The notes under the pieces are model-generated. The model saw nothing but the letters and a program-made list of their open reading frames with translations. It was not told the origin of the DNA and ran no database searches. From an uncultured bacterium (GTDB lineage Bacteria; Patescibacteriota; Minisyncoccia; Phycocordibacterales; CAIZLB01), in the NCBI GenBank assembly GCA_903936565.1, contig CAIZVZ010000005.1:38315-102314 (forward strand): 64,000 bases of DNA, given 5' to 3'. A program made the position numbers and the translations under genes. Positions 1 to 8,211 of this stretch are shown here, piece by piece (the first letter of the stretch is position 1; each line of letters opens with the position of its first letter).

Positions 1-1
1 G

Positions 2-583
2 TTAGATGTTATTGTTATTGACTCTGTTGCAGCGCTAACTCCCAAGGATGAGATTGAAGGAGATATGGGTGCGTCACACATGGGCAAGCAAGCAAGACTA
101 ATGTCTCAGGCACTTAGAAAACTAACTGCGATCGTTGCAAGAAGTAAAACTATTGTAATTTTCATTAACCAAATTAGAATGCAAATCGGTGTTATGTTTG
201 GTAATCCAGAGACAACCCCAGGAGGTAAGGCTCTTAAATTCTATACATCCGTCAGATTGGACATTAGAAGAATTGCTCAGATTAAGAAGGGTGAAGAAAT
301 TATGGGAGGACGTGTTCGAGTTAAGGTCGTGAAGAATAAGGTTGCTGCCCCATTCAGACAAACTGAGTTTGATTTGATGTACAACGAAGGTATTTCAAAG
401 GAAGGAGAAATTATTGCCCTTGGCGAGAAGTTAGACATCATCAACAAAAGCGGAACAAGTTATTCTTACGGAGAAGAAAAGTTGGGTCGTGGATATGATG
501 CAACTCGTCAATTCCTTCGCGCAAACACAAAAATCAGTAATGAAATATTGAAGAGGATCAGAGAGCATTTGAAGGATCTGTAG
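2..583 (+). CDS. recA: Recombinase RecA, C-terminal part (5' end lies outside window)
   Basis: The reading frame is open from the window start. The translation [15 protein letters not shown]...[19 protein letters not shown]...[38 protein letters not shown] is the canonical RecA core and C-terminal domain. Stop at 581-583. Confidence 0.9.
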   Translation, partial: LDVIVIDSVAALTPKDEIEGDMGASHMGKQARLMSQALRKLTAIVARSKTIVIFINQIRMQIGVMFGNPETTPGGKALKFYTSVRLDIRRIAQIKKGEEIMGGRVRVKVVKNKVAAPFRQTEFDLMYNEGISKEGEIIALGEKLDIINKSGTSYSYGEEKLGRGYDATRQFLRANTKISNEILKRIREHLKDL

Positions 584-601
584 GAAAAGATTACTAGGAG
601 C

Positions 602-1204
602 ATGGACATCTCCCCTCTTATGGTCTACAATGGCCATATTATGTATGATTATAATGAAATTACAGTAAGAAAGTTTATCGTTTTCGAGGGTGAACCATAT
701 GAAGTTATGAGTTCTCATATTTTCAGAAAGCAAATGAGAAAGCCAGTTAACGATACAAAATTAAAGAACTTATTAAACGGTAGAATTGTAGAGCACTCGT
801 TTGGTGCAACTGACAAAGTATACCAAGCTGAGATCGACTCAAAGAAGATCAAATTCCTATATTCAAACAAAGGAGAATGGTGGTTCTGCGAAGAGAACAA
901 TCCAGCTGCTCGTTTCAAGATAGATGAGAGTGTACTAGGAAATAGTGGTAAATTCCTTAAGCCAAACACTGTGGTTGAGGCTTCAGTTTTTGATGAGCAC
1001 ATCTTTAGAGTAGACCTTCCAATTAAGGTAGAGCTAGTTGTTAAAGAAGCTCCCCCAGTTCTAAGAGGTGACTCTTCAAAGAGTGGAAACAAGCTTGTTG
1101 TTCTTGAAACCGGAGCAGGGCTTAACGTCCCAATGTTCGTAGTTGAAGGAGATGTTGTTAGAATCAACACAGAGACAGGTGAATATGTAGAGCGAGTCAA
1201 ATAG
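602..1204 (+). CDS. efp: Elongation factor P (true start probably the internal Met near 641, MYDYNEITVRKF...)
   Basis: About 190 aa with an EF-P-like N-terminus (…VRKFIVFEGEPYEV…). KOW/OB-fold organisation and length match EF-P. Confidence 0.8.
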   Translation: MDISPLMVYNGHIMYDYNEITVRKFIVFEGEPYEVMSSHIFRKQMRKPVNDTKLKNLLNGRIVEHSFGATDKVYQAEIDSKKIKFLYSNKGEWWFCEENNPAARFKIDESVLGNSGKFLKPNTVVEASVFDEHIFRVDLPIKVELVVKEAPPVLRGDSSKSGNKLVVLETGAGLNVPMFVVEGDVVRINTETGEYVERVK

Positions 1205-1255
1205 ACTTCAACTCAATACACCGACCTGGCACCACAGCTCGGTAGGCATCAAAAC

Positions 1256-1290
1256 AAAAACCCCAAGATTTCACTCTGGGGTTTTTGTTT
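1256..1290. terminator. Bidirectional intrinsic terminator between efp (+) and rpsR (-)
   Basis: aaaaaCCCCAagatttcactctTGGGGtttttg hairpin flanked by A-run and T-run, seen directly in sequence. Confidence 0.5.
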
Positions 1291-1339
1291 TATCTTCTAC
1301 AATGAGACCTGAAGATCGTTCTAATCAGGCCTAAATGAC

Positions 1340-1543
1340 CTATTGAGCGATGAATGGCAGTATAGCCATAAATCTAGCTCTCTTCACAGCTAAAGCCAGC
1401 TTACGTTGGCTCTTAGCGCTTACGCCGGTTTTCTTTCTTGAAAGAAGTCTTGCGTGTGGATTAAGAAACTTCTTTAGAAGCTCTGTATCTTTGTAGTCAA
1501 CATGCTTGATGTTGTTTTGTGAGAAATAACAATGTTTTGTCAT
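1340..1543 (-). CDS. rpsR: 30S ribosomal protein S18
   Basis: 67 aa, …KFLNPHARLLSRKKTGVSAKSQRKLALAVKRARFMAILPF, typical S18. Confidence 0.9.
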   Translation of the reverse strand: MTKHCYFSQNNIKHVDYKDTELLKKFLNPHARLLSRKKTGVSAKSQRKLALAVKRARFMAILPFIAQ

Positions 1544-1576
1544 ATTTTTAATTTAATTTTCCAGTAAGTATCTAGA

Positions 1577-2059
1577 TTAGAATGGAATATCCTCTGGGTT
1601 AATTTCTTCCTCTGGATATTCTATTGAATCCAATTGATTTAGTGCGTTTCCTGTATCATCTGCTTTTTTAGATGAGACAGTGTCAGATCCTGCTCCTGCG
1701 TTTCCGTAAGAACTTGAACTTGGAGCATCTCCAGCTCTGTTTCCAAATTGAATATTGTCTGCAATAACCTCTGTTCTATAGAGCTTCTTTCCATCAGCAC
1801 CATCCCAAGAACGAGTCTGCATTCTACCTTCAACCAGCACACTGCTTCCCTTCTTAAGATATTGAGCGGAAGTTTCAGCTTGACGACCGAACACCACAAC
1901 ATTGTGATAATCTGCCGCTTCTTGCTTTGCTCCGTTCTTATCCTTCCAAACTCTATTTGTTGCAACAGAGAATGATGTAACTGTAATTCCTGATGGCAAA
2001 GCCTTAAGCTCTGGATCACGAGTTAAATTTCCGATAATTATTGCTTTGTTTAAATACAT
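1577..2059 (-). CDS. ssb: Single-stranded DNA-binding protein
   Basis: N-terminal OB fold (AIIIGNLTRDPELKALPSGITVTSFSVATNRVWKD…), Gly/Ser-rich tail and the acidic C-terminal DIPF motif. Lies between rpsF and rpsR as in the conserved rpsF-ssb-rpsR operon. Confidence 0.9.
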   Translation of the reverse strand: MYLNKAIIIGNLTRDPELKALPSGITVTSFSVATNRVWKDKNGAKQEAADYHNVVVFGRQAETSAQYLKKGSSVLVEGRMQTRSWDGADGKKLYRTEVIADNIQFGNRAGDAPSSSSYGNAGAGSDTVSSKKADDTGNALNQLDSIEYPEEEINPEDIPF

Positions 2060-2098
2060 AATGCTTATTATATAATACTTTAGGTTTGATTAATACCA

Positions 2099-2665
2099 CT
2101 ATTCAGTTGCAATATCAGCCACTTTTTCAGTATCTACAATTTCACTAACGGCATCATCTGATGAAACAACGTCGGCAACTGCATCCTCTGCAGGAACTTC
2201 GGTAGCATCATCTTCTGTTGTTATATCCTCAACTGGCTCATCTGCAATCTTTACGATCTTTGATGATGAATCAGCTTTAATCTCGGCAACAGCTCCAAGG
2301 AAAGTGTTTTCCTTAACAGTCTTGATTAATAGAAAACGAAGCATTGGGCCAAAAGCCTTAATCTCCTTCTCTAGTGGAACTATCTCCTCAGGATTAATTT
2401 CAAACTTAACCCATCCGAAATATGATGTTAAATAATTCTTTCTATCCGCCTTTACTGTCTTACTTATTGGATACGCAAGGTTTTTAAACTTAGGCATTTC
2501 TTCTGCGATAAATTGTCCTCCGCGCTTCTCAATAAGTGACTTAAGGTGCGAGAATTGTACAGCGACCTCGTCCTCAACTATTGTTGAGACAAAGTGAAAA
2601 CCGAGTTCATAGACTCTGTTTTCAAGCTGTTGGTCCTCTTCTATAAGTTCAACTTTTTTTGCCAT
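2099..2665 (-). CDS. rpsF: 30S ribosomal protein S6 with long acidic C-terminal extension
   Basis: Contains the S6 core (…KNLAYPISK…). It sits upstream of ssb-rpsR. The C-terminal ~60 aa are a D/E-rich tail. Confidence 0.7.
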   Translation of the reverse strand: MAKKVELIEEDQQLENRVYELGFHFVSTIVEDEVAVQFSHLKSLIEKRGGQFIAEEMPKFKNLAYPISKTVKADRKNYLTSYFGWVKFEINPEEIVPLEKEIKAFGPMLRFLLIKTVKENTFLGAVAEIKADSSSKIVKIADEPVEDITTEDDATEVPAEDAVADVVSSDDAVSEIVDTEKVADIATE

Positions 2666-2772
2666 GTCAGAAGACTAACACAAAAGGCCGATATGAGCAA
2701 CCTCGTGGCCTTAATCGACAATGTCTTAAATCAGGTCTATTTTAGGGGATTTAAAGGATTTTTGGGTTGCAA

Positions 2773-3591
2773 TTAGCCGAAAAATATCTGGTTGACGTTT
2801 GCCCCAATCTGCTCCCTCGCCTCCTCAATAGAAATACCCTTAATTTCGGCTATTTTCTGTACCACAAACTTCACATGTACAGGCTCTGCTCTTTTACCCC
2901 TAAACGGAACGGGTGCGACATATGGGCAATCCGTCTCAGAAAGAATCTTATCTAAGGGTATCTCTTTGATTATGGACTCATAGTCCTTAGCAAAGGTAAT
3001 AACCCCCGTGAATGATATTGTAAATCCGCAACTTATGAATGCTTTTGCTTGCTCTATTGAACCAGCAAAGAAGTGTGCATTCCCTCGCAATCTTACACCT
3101 TGGACCCTAATGTAATTATTAAGAATTTCTAAAGTTTCGTTATAACTATCCCTACAATGCAACATTAACGGCTTGTCAATAGCTATAGAGATGTCAATTT
3201 GGCCTCTAAATATTTTCTCCTGTATTTCTTTAACTTTCATAACGTCTACATCCGGATTATATTCAGCTAATTTGAAGAAATCCAAACCACACTCTCCTAT
3301 TCCAATGACCTTTGGATGTTTTGCCAATTCCGCAAGTTCAACGAGCGTACTTTCTATCAAGCCTGCCTTTTCTAAGTCCATTACCTCGTGTGGATGAATT
3401 CCAACAATCGCATAAACCCCCTCATCATATTTTTCGGCGATATCAATAGCTCGCTTTGAAGACTCAATATCAGTTCCAACATTCACCACAAACACATCCT
3501 CGTCTAAGGCTCTTTTTAAAACCTCGTCCCTGTCTGCATCAAACTCTGGAAAGTTCACATGAGCATGTGTATCTATATATTCGAATTTCAT
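2773..3591 (-). CDS. tatD: TatD-family metal-dependent hydrolase (DNase)
   Basis: MKFEYIDTHAHVNFPEFDADRDEVL… has the TatD HxH start motif and a TIM-barrel hydrolase pattern. Immediately downstream of metG, as in many bacteria. Confidence 0.8.
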   Translation of the reverse strand: MKFEYIDTHAHVNFPEFDADRDEVLKRALDEDVFVVNVGTDIESSKRAIDIAEKYDEGVYAIVGIHPHEVMDLEKAGLIESTLVELAELAKHPKVIGIGECGLDFFKLAEYNPDVDVMKVKEIQEKIFRGQIDISIAIDKPLMLHCRDSYNETLEILNNYIRVQGVRLRGNAHFFAGSIEQAKAFISCGFTISFTGVITFAKDYESIIKEIPLDKILSETDCPYVAPVPFRGKRAEPVHVKFVVQKIAEIKGISIEEAREQIGANVNQIFFG

Positions 3592-3615
3592 ATAAATTAA
3601 ATAAAATAATCAGAT

Positions 3616-5130
3616 TTAGTCTTTTCTCAAAAACAATGGAGCCTCTGGCATCTTATGATTTGTAATACAATCAATAATCGCAGATGAAGTATTTGGCATT
3701 ACTACTGAAAGTCTATATGCACCAACCAATAATTGCTCTTGTAAATGAATCAAATCCTTACGAGCCAATTCTGGTTCAATTTTAAATTTCTTGAATGGTT
3801 GTTCTTCTTGAATAAATTGATCCAGCTTTGTAAAGTTATCAAAAATTTCTTGAACATACAGGTCTAATCTATAGTCCTCAATATGTTTATTTTCTTTTCC
3901 ATTTAGAATACCAACGGATGCCCTAGATGCCTGTATTTGTTCATTAGAAAGTTTGGCCTCGTAAGAAACCGCCATCTTCATAACTCTTGAAACTAGATTA
4001 CCAATTCCATTTGCAAGGTGCGCATTATAAACTTCCTTGAACTTATTCATCGCAAAAGGTGAATCTTCAAATGGTTGAAGCTCTTTTGTAACAAAGAATC
4101 TAAGTGCATCAGCACCATATTCCTCCACAACTTCTGTTGGATTAATTGTATTTCCCAATGACTTAGACATCTTTACCCCACCCTCACCAGTTATCCAACC
4201 ATTAATAATAATCTTGTTAGTATTTGGTAGACCCGCCGCCAAGAGCATAGACTGCCATGTTAATGCCTGGAATCTGGTATTATCCTTTCCACAATATTGA
4301 ACCGGTGTTCCATCTCTCCAGTATTTATTAAAATCGCCAATTTCCCCTTCACCCTTCTTCTCATTATTTTCATTCTCCGGCCACCCTAAGGTTGAAATGT
4401 AATTTGTAAGCGCATCAAACCAAACATACATAACATGATCATTATCCTCAGGCACGTCAATTCCCCAAGGCATTTTAGCCTTCAGTCTTGAAATACTAAA
4501 GTCCTCCAATCCCCTTTTAACAAACTCCTTCATTTCATTTAGCCTTGATTCTGGAATAACGATTTGCGGATTCGATTCAAATAAAGTATATAACTGGTCA
4601 GCAAGTGCGGATAGTTTAAAGAAATAATTTTCTTCATCGATAATTTCTATATCACGATTTGGGTGAACTGGGCATTTACCATCCACGAGCTCTGAGTCAG
4701 TTTTATTTTCCTCACATCCAACACAGTATTTTGTTTGATAATTCTTCTTGTAAATATAACCCCTTTCTTTAACTCTATTCCATAACGCCTGAGAGCTAGT
4801 TGTGTGATGCTTATCTGTAGTTCTTATAAAGTGAATATCTGACAGAATATCAAGATCGCCAATTAAATTCTTAAACTTTGAAGAAGCCTCATCCAAAAAG
4901 TCCATTATATCCATCCCCCTTTCCTTTGCTGTCTCGAACAATTTGAGACCATGCTCATCCGTTCCAGTATTAAAAAATACATCAAAACCTAGCACTTTTT
5001 TGTATCTAGCTATAACGTCGGCTCTAATTATTTCCATCGCAAATCCAATATGAGGATCACCATTCACATAAGGAAGGGTTGTAGTGATATAGAAACTTTT
5101 CTTATCTTGATTTTTTATATTTTGAGACAT
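3616..5130 (-). CDS. metG: Methionine--tRNA ligase
   Basis: Class I aaRS: …TTTLPYVNGDPHIGFAMEII… (HIGH-like) and KMSKSLGNTI (KMSKS). 504 aa. Confidence 0.9.
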   Translation of the reverse strand: MSQNIKNQDKKSFYITTTLPYVNGDPHIGFAMEIIRADVIARYKKVLGFDVFFNTGTDEHGLKLFETAKERGMDIMDFLDEASSKFKNLIGDLDILSDIHFIRTTDKHHTTSSQALWNRVKERGYIYKKNYQTKYCVGCEENKTDSELVDGKCPVHPNRDIEIIDEENYFFKLSALADQLYTLFESNPQIVIPESRLNEMKEFVKRGLEDFSISRLKAKMPWGIDVPEDNDHVMYVWFDALTNYISTLGWPENENNEKKGEGEIGDFNKYWRDGTPVQYCGKDNTRFQALTWQSMLLAAGLPNTNKIIINGWITGEGGVKMSKSLGNTINPTEVVEEYGADALRFFVTKELQPFEDSPFAMNKFKEVYNAHLANGIGNLVSRVMKMAVSYEAKLSNEQIQASRASVGILNGKENKHIEDYRLDLYVQEIFDNFTKLDQFIQEEQPFKKFKIEPELARKDLIHLQEQLLVGAYRLSVVMPNTSSAIIDCITNHKMPEAPLFLRKD

Positions 5131-5213
5131 AACTTTATTCTTATTTTAACAATACACGTAGCGATTACTCACCAGACAATATAAACATATTGAGTCTATT
5201 TAGTTTTTAATGC

Positions 5214-6287
5214 TTATTCTGCAGTAGCAGAATCTCTTTTTCGTCTCTCTACATCATCTATGTATTCCATGAGTGCAACAGAGACGGGAACTGCGAGGAT
5301 GGCGCCAACAAGACCGGCGAGTTCAGCGCCGGCAACTAGAGAGATGATTACAAGAAGAGGTGGAACACCAACAAGCTTCTTAACAACCAACGGATAGAAA
5401 ACATGAGCTTCAATCTGCTGAACAATCAAGTAGAGTCCAACAATAAACAATCCAACGCCAATTCCCCCGTCTAGTATACCTAGGAAAAATGCGGGGATTG
5501 CAGAAAGTGTCATTCCAACAACTGGGATTAACTCGAACACCCCAGCGATTAGCGCGAGCAACAGCGCATGCTTTACACCAAGTATCATCAACCCAATATA
5601 AATAAACACAAACACAACAAGACCAAGAACCAGTTGCCCCTGCATCCATCTTGCGATTTTTGTCTCAGATCTTTGCCATAAACCTCTTACGTATTTTTCC
5701 TTTTCAGGCGGCGTGACAATAGAGAGGAATTCGCCAACACCGTCTTCCCTAACAGAAAGATAGAAGGCGATCACCATAACAAGGATGGTGCTAATAATTC
5801 CTCCAAAGAACCCTGCGACAGTATCAAACATTCCTCCAGAAAAATTGGAAACAGCGTCAGTTACTCTTGAAATAATATCTCCAACAGAAATTGTACTAGG
5901 AATATCTGGGAAGAACAGCTTTGTGCTAGAGTATGCGTTTTGGTTTATTGGACTAAATATATCAATAGTTTTGATATATTTTGGAATACTATTAACAGCT
6001 GAAACTGTTTCACCAAGTAGTATCGGAACAGCAAAGGAGAATAAGGCTGATATTGCACCTATAATCAAAGCATAGACAAAAATTGCAGATAGCGCCCTTG
6101 GGACATTCTTTTTAACAAAGTATTTGACAGCGGGCTCTACAACTGAGGCGATAACGATACCTGTAAGAATTATTAGACCCAGCCCCCTAAGGGCAAACAG
6201 GAAGTACACCCCCAATAAAAATACAGCTATTTTGAAGAGTGTCTTAAAGCTTATATTTAAATTTATTGAATTAGTCTTATCAGTCAC
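5214..6287 (-). CDS. AI-2E family transporter (PerM/UPF0118-type permease)
   Basis: 357 aa polytopic membrane protein. The overall hydropathy pattern and conserved central region are typical of AI-2E/YhhT permeases. Confidence 0.65.
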   Translation of the reverse strand: MTDKTNSINLNISFKTLFKIAVFLLGVYFLFALRGLGLIILTGIVIASVVEPAVKYFVKKNVPRALSAIFVYALIIGAISALFSFAVPILLGETVSAVNSIPKYIKTIDIFSPINQNAYSSTKLFFPDIPSTISVGDIISRVTDAVSNFSGGMFDTVAGFFGGIISTILVMVIAFYLSVREDGVGEFLSIVTPPEKEKYVRGLWQRSETKIARWMQGQLVLGLVVFVFIYIGLMILGVKHALLLALIAGVFELIPVVGMTLSAIPAFFLGILDGGIGVGLFIVGLYLIVQQIEAHVFYPLVVKKLVGVPPLLVIISLVAGAELAGLVGAILAVPVSVALMEYIDDVERRKRDSATAE

Positions 6288-6351
6288 AATTAAAGAATAC
6301 CACTAGTTGGCTTGGACTGCAAAGGTTAAAATTTACTTGTATCAAGTTGCC

Positions 6352-7707
6352 CTAAAGCGCCTTCTTCACAACATCTAGGATTTGCTCTATAGACAATCTA
6401 TCTTGAGTAGCGGAATCTCTATATCTCAAAGTCATAGTTTGATCCTTCTCTACAGTGTCAAAATCCACAGTTATACAATACGGTGTACCAATTTCATCTT
6501 GTCTTCTGTATCTTTTACCAATGTTTCCATTATCATCAAACATTATTCTTCCAGGAAATTCCTTCTTCAACATTGAATATACTTCCCTAGCCTTCTCAAC
6601 CAGTTGTGGCTTATTTTTAAGCAAAGGAGAAACTGCAATTAAAACCGGAGCGATCTTTGGTGACAGTTTTAGATAAACCCGCTTCTCTCCGCCAACCTCA
6701 TCTTCCGAATAGGCATCAGTAAGAACTGCCAACACCGTTCTGTCGACACCAAGCGATGGCTCAATACAATGTGGAATAAATCGCTCTTTTGTTTCCTCAT
6801 CAAAGAAAGACAAATCAGTTCCAGATGCTTCAGAGTGACTCTTTAAGTCAAAGTCAGTTCTATAAGCAAGACCATAAAGCTCCTTTTGACCCATTGGAAA
6901 ATCAAACTCAAAATCAATTGTTCTCTTTGAATAGTGGGCCAAATCCTCTGGAGCAATTTCAACATCGTGGATTTTAGCTGGAGTTAAACCAACATCATCA
7001 GCAAAAGCATGTACTTGTTGTCTAAAATGCTCAAATGATTCTTCCCAACTATTTGGATTAACAAAATACTCAATTTCCATTTGCTCAAACTCACGAGTTC
7101 TAAATATAAAGTCCCTTGGGGCAATTTCATTTCTAAAAGCCTTTCCAATTTGAGCCATACCAAATGGTAGCTTTGGGTGGAATGAGTCTAGGGTGTTTTT
7201 AAAGTTTACAAACATTCCCTGTGCTGTTTCGGGACGAAGGTATGATACTGAATCTTCATCTTGATTTGCCCCAACGTGGGTTGTGAACATCATTTTGAAT
7301 TGCCTAACATCGCCAAGTGCATTTCCTTCCGGACTCTTGATTCCCTTTTCTTTTATTGCAGCATCCATTTCTTTTAGTGACATTCCCTTGATATCAACAC
7401 CAGCTTCTTGTAGTAAGTGATCAGCTCTGTATCTTTTGTTAGTTTTAATGTCGTCAACGAGAGGATCAAAGAATCCCGCAACATGACCACTCGCTTTCCA
7501 AACATTTTGATTCATTAGAATTGCAGCATCGACTCCGTACATATCGTCTCGATCTAGAACAAAACGCTTCCACCAAGTATTCTTGATGTTATTTTTTAGT
7601 GCCAAACCTAAGTGCCCATAGTCCCAAGTTCCAGCAAGACCTCCATAAATTTCTGAACCTTGGTATATAAAACCGCGTCTTTTAGCCAATGCAATTATTT
7701 CTTCCAT
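6352..7707 (-). CDS. glyQS: Glycine--tRNA ligase (class II, alpha2 archaeal/eukaryote-like type). The ORF-track start at 7803 is probably spurious and Met at 7707 (MEEIIALAKRRGF…) the likely start.
   Basis: MEEIIALAKRRGFIYQGSEIYGGLAGTWDYGHLG… is the hallmark N-terminus of dimeric GlyRS, with class II motifs further on. Confidence 0.85.
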   Translation of the reverse strand: MEEIIALAKRRGFIYQGSEIYGGLAGTWDYGHLGLALKNNIKNTWWKRFVLDRDDMYGVDAAILMNQNVWKASGHVAGFFDPLVDDIKTNKRYRADHLLQEAGVDIKGMSLKEMDAAIKEKGIKSPEGNALGDVRQFKMMFTTHVGANQDEDSVSYLRPETAQGMFVNFKNTLDSFHPKLPFGMAQIGKAFRNEIAPRDFIFRTREFEQMEIEYFVNPNSWEESFEHFRQQVHAFADDVGLTPAKIHDVEIAPEDLAHYSKRTIDFEFDFPMGQKELYGLAYRTDFDLKSHSEASGTDLSFFDEETKERFIPHCIEPSLGVDRTVLAVLTDAYSEDEVGGEKRVYLKLSPKIAPVLIAVSPLLKNKPQLVEKAREVYSMLKKEFPGRIMFDDNGNIGKRYRRQDEIGTPYCITVDFDTVEKDQTMTLRYRDSATQDRLSIEQILDVVKKAL

Positions 7708-7737
7708 ATATTGATATAGTAGCAGTTTTTTAGGGAA

Positions 7738-7768
7738 AGCAAAACACCGCGACCCTAGGGCCGCGGTG
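7738..7768 (-). terminator. Intrinsic terminator downstream of the small membrane ORF 7787..8044
   Basis: Minus strand reads CACCGCGgccctagggtCGCGGTG followed by TTTT. Confidence 0.5.
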
Positions 7769-7786
7769 TGGTTGGCACTACACCTC

Positions 7787-8044
7787 TCACATACGAGAAA
7801 CAAGCCAGAAGTAAATTGCCGGGGTGGCTACCGCACCGATGAGTGCGATATCCCTCGCCCAACGGAGGACCGAGGAACCTTTCCAGGTCACATCGATTCT
7901 TTCCCTTGCGGCTGCCCGCTCTTTCTTAGCCTCATCGCCGTCGTGCCAAAAGACACTCTTGATGATGTAGGCCAAGGTCACCAAAATGGCAACCAGAAAC
8001 GAGGTGGCGGCTAATGCCAATAGCATAAGTAACACGGTGTTCAT
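7787..8044 (-). CDS. Small two-TM membrane protein of unknown function in a locally GC-rich patch
   Basis: 85 aa: two hydrophobic helices separated by a charged loop (DGDEAKKERAAARER). Local GC is markedly higher than the flanks. Followed by a terminator. Confidence 0.4.
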   Translation of the reverse strand: MNTVLLMLLALAATSFLVAILVTLAYIIKSVFWHDGDEAKKERAAARERIDVTWKGSSVLRWARDIALIGAVATPAIYFWLVSRM

Positions 8045-8211
8045 TTGTCAATTTTTCATGCCGGAGTGTAGGACTATGTATGGGTTTAAACGGAACTGCC
8101 CGCAGAAACTTCATATAAAATCCAGTTCAGTTTTGGCTTACTGTTCCGTCTAATATTTAATCATATAATAGGTCAAATGTCAATACCTCCATAAATCCAC
8201 ATCAGGGAGAT

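Noticed and set aside
5410-5649. Antisense or embedded ORFs inside longer genes (for example 5410..5649, 8298..8540, 13289..13474, 18948..19313, 53683..54057)
   Set aside because: Each lies wholly inside a well-supported longer gene, in another frame or on the opposite strand. They have no independent signals and low-complexity translations.
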